Of a DNA stretch of 64,000 nt, positions 57,201 to 64,000 are shown piece after piece. The stretch is from Octopus sinensis (taxonomy: Eukaryota), in NCBI RefSeq assembly GCF_006345805.1, contig NW_021832842.1:39128-103127 (forward strand). The letters run 5' to 3'. Below the pieces are notes generated by a model that was not told the origin of the DNA, did no database searches, and was given only the letters and a program-made list of their open reading frames with translations. Each line of letters begins with the position of its first letter. Within the stretch, counting starts at the first letter, position 1. The position numbers were made by a program, and so were the translations under genes.

Positions 57201-58993
57201 TCATAATTATATAACTGTGTGTGTGTTTGTGCGTATGAGTGAGTGTCTGTATATACAGGGTGGGGAAGCAAAATTTACAATATTTTGAAGCAGGGATTGA
57301 AAGACAGTGTATGACGAATTAGTATATTGAAAGTCATGAGAATTTATTTGCCACAAGAAAATTTACATAATAGAAAATGTTTTTTATTCTATGGGTCCTC
57401 CTTCTTTCTCAATAACTGCCTTCACACGCTTCCTGAAATTTGCACAGGTGTTCCTCAAATATTCGGAAGACAACTTCTCCCATTCTTCTCCCATTTTGAA
57501 GCAGGGATTGAAAGACAGTGTATGACCAATTAGATTATTGAAAGTCATGTGGATTTATTTGCCACAAGAAAATTTACGTAATAGAAAATATTTTTATTCT
57601 GTGTCCTGCTTCTTTCTCAATAACTGCCTTCACACGCTTCCTGAAATTTGCACAGGCGTTCCTCAAATATTCGGAAGACAACTTCTCCCATTCTTCTTTA
57701 ATAGTATCTTTAAGGGAGTCGACATTGCTGTGTGATGTTCTATTGGTAGTATGTTCTAAAATGCCACAAATAACATAATCCAGAGGACTTAGATCTGGGC
57801 TAGAAGGCGGCCTTAAATATGATTCCAAAAAGTTGGATTTGCAGAAATCTTGTATTTTTCTAGCTGTGTGGGCTGGAGCATCATCCTGTGTCCATACATA
57901 ATTACCATCTGGGTGGTTTGCTTTAAGCCATGGCAATACCTGGTATCTCAGAGTCTTGTAGTAAGTATTAACATTGATCTTTTCATCAGCTTTGTAGAAT
58001 TTTATAGGCATTTTCTTTCCATCGGAAACCACAACACCAAAAGTCATAACTTGAGCAGTATGTTTTGTTTTGAATGCCCCCTTAACCTCAGCTGTTGATT
58101 TTGCGATAAATCTGTCATTTCTGCAGTTCAGAACAGCATCGACAGTGAAGATCTTTCTATCTTAAAAGATCGTTACAATGGAAGACTTTTTCTTGAACCA
58201 TGTAATAATTTTCTTGCACCTTTCCAATCTCTTTTCCTTCATAGCTGTTGTCAACAAGTGTTTTGGTGTTCTTGTGTAAGATTTTAACCTCAAATCATAT
58301 TTTACAGCATTTCTAATGGTCTTGTTGTCTACCGCAAGTTCAATTGCCATTTTTCTCATGGATTTGGTTGAAGCCTTTAGGATTTTGGATTTGAGAGCTT
58401 TCATAAAAGCTTTGGTAACCGCAATCCTCTGCAGGTTGCTTTCTTCCCTCTTTTCATATTAAGTACTGAGCATTTGGTAATCCCAAATTCCATACCGATG
58501 TCCCTACCACACTTCTGGTCTGTTTAGTTTAAGGAATCTATATGTTTTTCAGATTTCCCAAACAATTTCAGGTCACCGCTAAACAGAAGATGGTTCAATG
58601 ATGGGCCTTTCTTCGCACATTAGTAACCCATCATAACTTCCCTATGTGTCATTGTTATGGGTATTAGTGTAATTACAAAATGTAACGGTGAAAGCAAGTC
58701 ACCTTGGAAGATTCCCCTTTTAATATTAACTCCTCCGGGGAACACATTAGTTGAGTACAATTTGGTTTACCACTCTTTCATGCTATGCATCAGAAAATTT
58801 GTGATGTTGTCAGCAACACCAACCATCTGCAGGCATTCAACGATCCAAGAATGAGGCACTATATCACATGCCTTCTTAATGTCAATCCAAGACAGCAGCA
58901 GCAGCAGCAGCAACAACAACAACAATAATAATAATAATAACAATAATAATAATAATAATGATAATGATAGTGAGAGTGAAGATGATGATAATG

Positions 58994-59048
<55 letters not shown>

Positions 59049-59068
59049 TGATAATAATAATAATGATA

Positions 59069-59105
<37 letters not shown>

Positions 59106-60758
59106 CTTCACCAAACACAAGGTTTTACATTAAGAAAAACATTATGGACCAGTACAGGACAAAGCAAAGAATGTGTGTGTATTCGTGTATGAGTGTTTTG
59201 TTGTGAGGGTTTTGCCTGTGAACAAGACTAACAAGAATTTTTTCAAAAGTTTAGCAATGTGTAATCCTCAATAGGGAGGAGACGTCCGGGGGCTACTCAT
59301 GGAAAAACCCCATAAAAACGATGGTGTACTGACTTATGGAGCAGGAGTCTTTTTTCTTTCCTTTTTCCCAACTACGGGCGTATGCTCAGAGCAGGCCCGT
59401 TCATTCGCACCATTCTCTTCACTTTGAACCACCTTCCAGCAAACTGACCAAAAGACAATGCTTCCCTTTTTACCTTTATTTTCCTTTTCAAGTGAAACTT
59501 GATGAAGTTGATCAGGGATTGGCAAAAGAGAAAAGTGTTTGTCTTCATCCTCTTCAATTTCGTTCACCATACAACCACTTACACCATGCCCACAAGCCAT
59601 ATAAACGCAGCCTTTCCTTCCCGCTTAAGTGAAGACGGTGGGGCGATTTTCACGATGGATTTAGTTGACAGCCAGTTCCTTCCTACAAGCGACAGCAGCT
59701 GTTCGACATAAGCCCACAGGTCAGTAATGCTCGGCACTGGACGAGTGCATGCCGGACCGTCTCGTCGTCCTGCACACATCTCGGACGTGCGTAGCTGACA
59801 GCATTTCCATACTAGTAAAGTTTATCTCGAACAGGCAAATCTCCCCGGTAGCACTGCGAGGCCAGACATTTTTGGAAATTATCCATTGGTCCTGGGCCGA
59901 AATTTCTCTGGAAAAGAGCGGCTTGCTGATTTTCTTCAACACTCAAGGTCTCCGCAAGAACGTTGTAGCCCTTTTCCTTCACTAATTCTTTATAAAAAGC
60001 TAAAGTCGACATTCTGTATATCGCAGTGTCCGAGTAGTTGAGCACTCTAATTTACCCAGAGCTGCAGCTCCGTTAACGAAACTAGCTGCGGAAATACGTG
60101 TCTGGTGAACGGCGACCACACAATCAAGAAAGCAATAGAGATAGCGTAGCCTCAGTGCACATCTGCGCATCATCAATCGAGGCATGCCCAGGCCACCATG
60201 CAGCGGGTGTTGACAGCAGATACACCGTCTGACCATCGGGACACGTCCCTTCCACAAAAAGCAGAAGAATATACGATCCAGCATAATCAAATGGTGACAA
60301 GGAAAATGCAACGGTCAAGTGATTGTGACCGACCAGTCAGGGATAGTTTTCTCTCGGCCTATTTCTGAGTGAGAGTAGTCACCTTGCTCGTTACCTTGTG
60401 CTAATTTTTGTTCATCTAGAGGTCCAGCAATTTAACCGGTCCATCTGTCCAGCGCCCTACGATGAAGTTGGACGACATTGACTTGCTTCTATAGGTGCCA
60501 AGCCGCAAGCCCACTGATTTTTTCTGGCTAATCGTCACTCCCGAAACTGCCTCGTAGTTTCTGAGAGCGATGCTGATCATTTCTATGTGTTTATGTTCTG
60601 ACACCACTAAATATTGTTTGTACTAACCGTATATTTAGTATCTACAGAGTTGAATATATGATCTTTCAAATGTTCATCTTCAATACTCTGTTTTTTACCA
60701 ATCACATTTATATTATTCTTATTCTTGCTTTTTTTTTTTTAGCTTAGTTCTTTGTCTC
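50300..60758 (-). CDS. METTL24-like (Methyltransf_22) SAM-dependent methyltransferase-like protein, right copy; 5' start not identified
   Basis: Exons 60758..60628, 57108..57044, 54534..54406, 52970..52896, 52117..51988 and 50587..50300, all GT-AG and in phase. Open from exon 1 to the stop: [40 protein letters not shown]. An A12 run in exon 0 places a TAA in frame (A11 would be open). Confidence 0.8.
51774..51826 (-). ncRNA. Type I hammerhead ribozyme with intact core, sense in the last intron of the right gene
   Basis: aacaaaa-ctgt-CTGATGA-acg ggaa cgt-GAAA-ctc t gag-TA-acag-c-ttttgtt. Stems I, II and III all pair, with a GUA cleavage triplet. Confidence 0.8.
53498..54030 (-). mobile_element. 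Tc1-like element, 3' half only
   Basis: Mirror of 7317..7849. The 5' TIR and ~730 bp are absent and replaced by ~180 bp of unrelated sequence (54031..54210). Confidence 0.85.
57255..58410 (-). mobile_element. Mirror copy of the maT/mariner remnant
   Basis: ORFs identical to those in 2240..3395. Confidence 0.85.
59320..60550 (-). mobile_element. Mirror copy of the L1/Tx1-like ORF2 fragment
   Basis: ORFs identical to those in 100..1330. Confidence 0.7.
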
Positions 60759-62519
60759 CTGTTGGATAAATCAGCTTGATGAATCTGTCTGACGATTCTT
60801 TCCTGCGACATTCTAATCACAAGTACATAGAACTGCGGTTGTGGACTCTGAGAGCAGAGAAGTAGAGATAGAGCCTGATCTACGAGCCATGCACGTTCTC
60901 AAGTAATATTATTACTTAGACCTTTCGGAAGAATCCCATTTCAGCCTCTTGCATTGCCGATCGGATTCTTTCAGTCATTACCCAACATTCATTACCATTG
61001 ATGATTGTAGGCAAGGAAACCGAATTAATGATGATAGTGAATTAGGCAAAATTCCCTCGATTTCTGAAACATTATTTTTGAAGAATTATTTGATTGGTTG
61101 TAATGCGTCCATAAATAAAGCTACACTCTTCTTCAACAAGCATGATCACCAATATTTCTCTAAATCTCTTTTCCAGACACCTAGCCTATAGTTTATCATC
61201 GACTTCTTAATATTAACATCACTTACACACAAACGATTGAAAATGAAAATAAAAATAAATACAGCGCACACACAGAAACAGGCACAATCACAAGCGCAGG
61301 GACACACGCACAGAAACCTACTTGCAAATATACACCCAACCACACACTCACATGTGCACGGGCACACGTGCACACAAGCTCATATGCTCACAAACAACAA
61401 TGATTCCCTACCCTACCCAGACGCACTGTCGCCATCTATTTCCTGTCCAACCACGCGGTCAAAGAAATTCTTTTCACCTACCACTGGCATTACTGCACTT
61501 CTTGCAATTTTCTGTACACCAGCCTGAGGAGACACAAAAACACAAACACATAAATATATACATATATATATATATACGATATTAAAGATTGAAAAGAATT
61601 GGGTACTTAAATTATAGATATCAGGTTGGGTCGAATTAATTTGTAAACAGCCCCTTAAGTCGAATAAATATCATGGGTACAGAAGTACATCCAGAAATAT
61701 TCAGGTTATATATATAGAGAATTTAAACCTCATGAGTATTTTAATAGCATAATGGCCAAACCAAAGCTCTACATTATATTGGTCGTACAGTATTTGGTAT
61801 ACTCCAGACGGGTCGGAATTCCAATGAGGTGCATTATGAACAAAAAATTAACAAAACGATGGATACGCGCCACTTCATTACAGCTGTTTCCTGCGGATAT
61901 CTTTAATGGATTAATTAGTACATTGTATCATAACAAAAAGAAACGCTTTCATTAGGTGATGCATAACATTTCAAACAATATATGAACAACATTTCACCAC
62001 AGTGGGCCAGCCGAAGCTGATTCCAGCTGAGGCTAGCTTTGAATGAGAGAACATAGCAAAGCTAGAAAGACATTAAATGGTTAGCTAGTGCGTAAGGCGT
62101 TCAAAAGATTTATAGCTTACAGGGCAGTTAGTGAACATGTTGGGGATAGGAAAGAGAAAAGAGGCAGGTAGGCAGTCTGGTTCATTTTCACAACCCGTAA
62201 GATAATGATTGAATTAACTACATATGTAACTCCCTGCAGTTCATTATGTTAAATTTTATTTCATGCCAGATTTATGACACTAGGATCTGAGATGGGGATT
62301 AAATTAAAATAAATGATATATATGGGAATTAAGCACTTGAGACTGCAACAAAAGCATTAGCACACTGGGTAACATTCTTTCCAGTACTTCTCCCGCTTTT
62401 ACGTTCTGAATTCAAATTCCACTGAGGTCTACTTCGCATTTCATCTCTTCGGCTGAGGATATCAGTGTCAAATGCGTACAGGGGTCGATGTAATTTCAGG
62501 CCTTTTGCCTATAGTAGTA

Positions 62520-64000
62520 ATTATTATTATAATTATTGTTGTTGTTGTTGTTGTTGTTGTTATTATTATTATTCAGTAGTTTTATTTTTATAGCGTGCTT
62601 TGACTTCACTACCGAGCGCAGCTCTGTGTGCCTTGGGTATGTGCTGTGATTTGTTGTGATGCTCTGATGGTTATTGTATGGAAAGTGTTCTGCGTAGGAT
62701 GTGTGCAGTGCCTAGTAGTGCAATTTTCTGTATGTTATATGTGTTTGTAAGTCCTGGTGTTTTTGTTATGTATTTGTCTGAATATTTTTTTATCATGCCT
62801 AATGCACCTACTATGATAGGAATTGTTTCTGTTTTCAGATTCCACATTCTAGTTACCTCTATTTCCAGGTCTGTGTATTTTGAGAGTTTCTCCATTTCTT
62901 TTAGAGGCACATCGTCATCTGCCGGTATTGATACATCAATTAGAAAGCATTTTTTTTCTTCATGATCTCTGACAACTATATCTGGTCTGTTGGCCTTAAT
63001 TTCTCTATCTGTGTGTATCGGCATATCCCAGAGTATGGTTGCTTTCTCGTTTTCTGTGACCTTTTCTGGTGTGTGCCTATACCATCTTTTTTCTGTTGTC
63101 ATTCCATAATGTTGGCATAGCTTCCAATGTATGTAGGTTCCAACTCTGTCATGTCTGTGAATATATTCCTTCTTAGCCAGGACTGGGCAGCTAGAGATAA
63201 TATGATTTATTGTTTCTTGTCCATCTCCACATATTCTGCAGTTACTTTTCCTTACATGTTTTTGGTAATTTCTGGTGGGGAGGCTTTGGTCTTGTGTTGC
63301 AATTAAAAATCCCTCTGTCACTGCTTTGAGTCCTGAGCTTCTCAACCATTGCTGGGATTTTTCTTTGTCTATTTCTTTTGCGTTTAGTTTAGTCCAGTAT
63401 TTACCATGAAGGGGCTTTTCTTGCCATCGTTTTATCATGGTTCGTTGGTGTTCTATTTTTAGTTTGGATTTCATTTGTGTTATAGCTTTTGTTGTTTCTT
63501 CATCATCTTCTTCTTCTTCTTCGTGTTTATTAGGTGGTATGATTTCTTGTTTGTATTTGTCAGCTTCCTTAAATACTGAGAACAGTTTTTTGTTTTGCTC
63601 GTGTTTTGCTGCTATCTGGATCAGTTTTCCTTCCTTCTGAAGTAGGTATTTTTGCAGTCCTATGGTGGTTATTTTATAGTAGTTTTCCAGCTGTATAAGG
63701 CCTCTACCACCTTCTATACGTTGTATATATAGTCTTTCTATGTCAGATTTTGGGTGATGCATCCTAGATCCTGTCAGTATTTTTCTTGTTTTCCTATCTA
63801 TTTTGGACAGTTCATTTCGTGTCCACTTAAGGATATTGTAGCTGTAACTTATAACTGGGACAGCTAAAGTGTTGATACCTATTATCTTGTTTTTAGCATT
63901 GAGTTCTGTTTTTAGTATTGATCTAACTCGTCTATAATATTCTTTTTTTATTTTCTCTTTCATTTGTGTGTGTTGTGTCTTATCTAGTTCATGGATTCCT
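62520..64000 (-). mobile_element. R4/Dong-like non-LTR retrotransposon, 3' part (open ORF 62671..63963; continues beyond the window)
   Basis: RLYIQRIEGGRGL, CRICGDGQETINHIISSC zinc finger, RHDRV, and NRPDIVV..IDVSIP..EKLSKY restriction-like endonuclease. Short 3' UTR with a (TAA/CAA)n tail. Confidence 0.92.

Larger units (their letters stand above)
50242..60649 (-). repeat. Outer inverted segmental duplication, right arm
   Basis: Reverse complement of 1..~10960, including the same LINE, mariner, SINE and microsatellite content. Confidence 0.97.

Overview
AT-rich, microsatellite-dense, intron-containing eukaryotic DNA. The SINE and Penelope repeat content resembles a cephalopod (octopus) genome, which is an inference. 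Most ORFs in the track are simple-repeat noise. The window is built from nested inverted duplications. (1) Outer arms 1..~10960 and ~50242..60649 each carry a spliced METTL24-like (Methyltransf_22) gene, and the two genes converge. (2) An inner ~19.6 kb near-palindrome (29279..38098 / 38621..48883, ~520 bp spacer) carries exon remnants of a third, more diverged paralog. (3) A ~1.5 kb inverted repeat encloses a Penelope-like retroelement. The most striking signal is between the two outer gene copies: introns are about 98-100% identical, yet by my manual alignment exons 2-5 differ at 27 amino-acid-changing codons versus 2 synonymous ones. The left copy has a frameshift in its last exon. The rest of the window is transposable elements: a near-complete Helitron plus two non-autonomous ones, Tc1/mariner, L1/Tx1, R4/Dong, RTE, Penelope fragments and SINEs. 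Several hammerhead ribozyme motifs are present, one of them intact and sense-oriented in an intron of the right gene copy.
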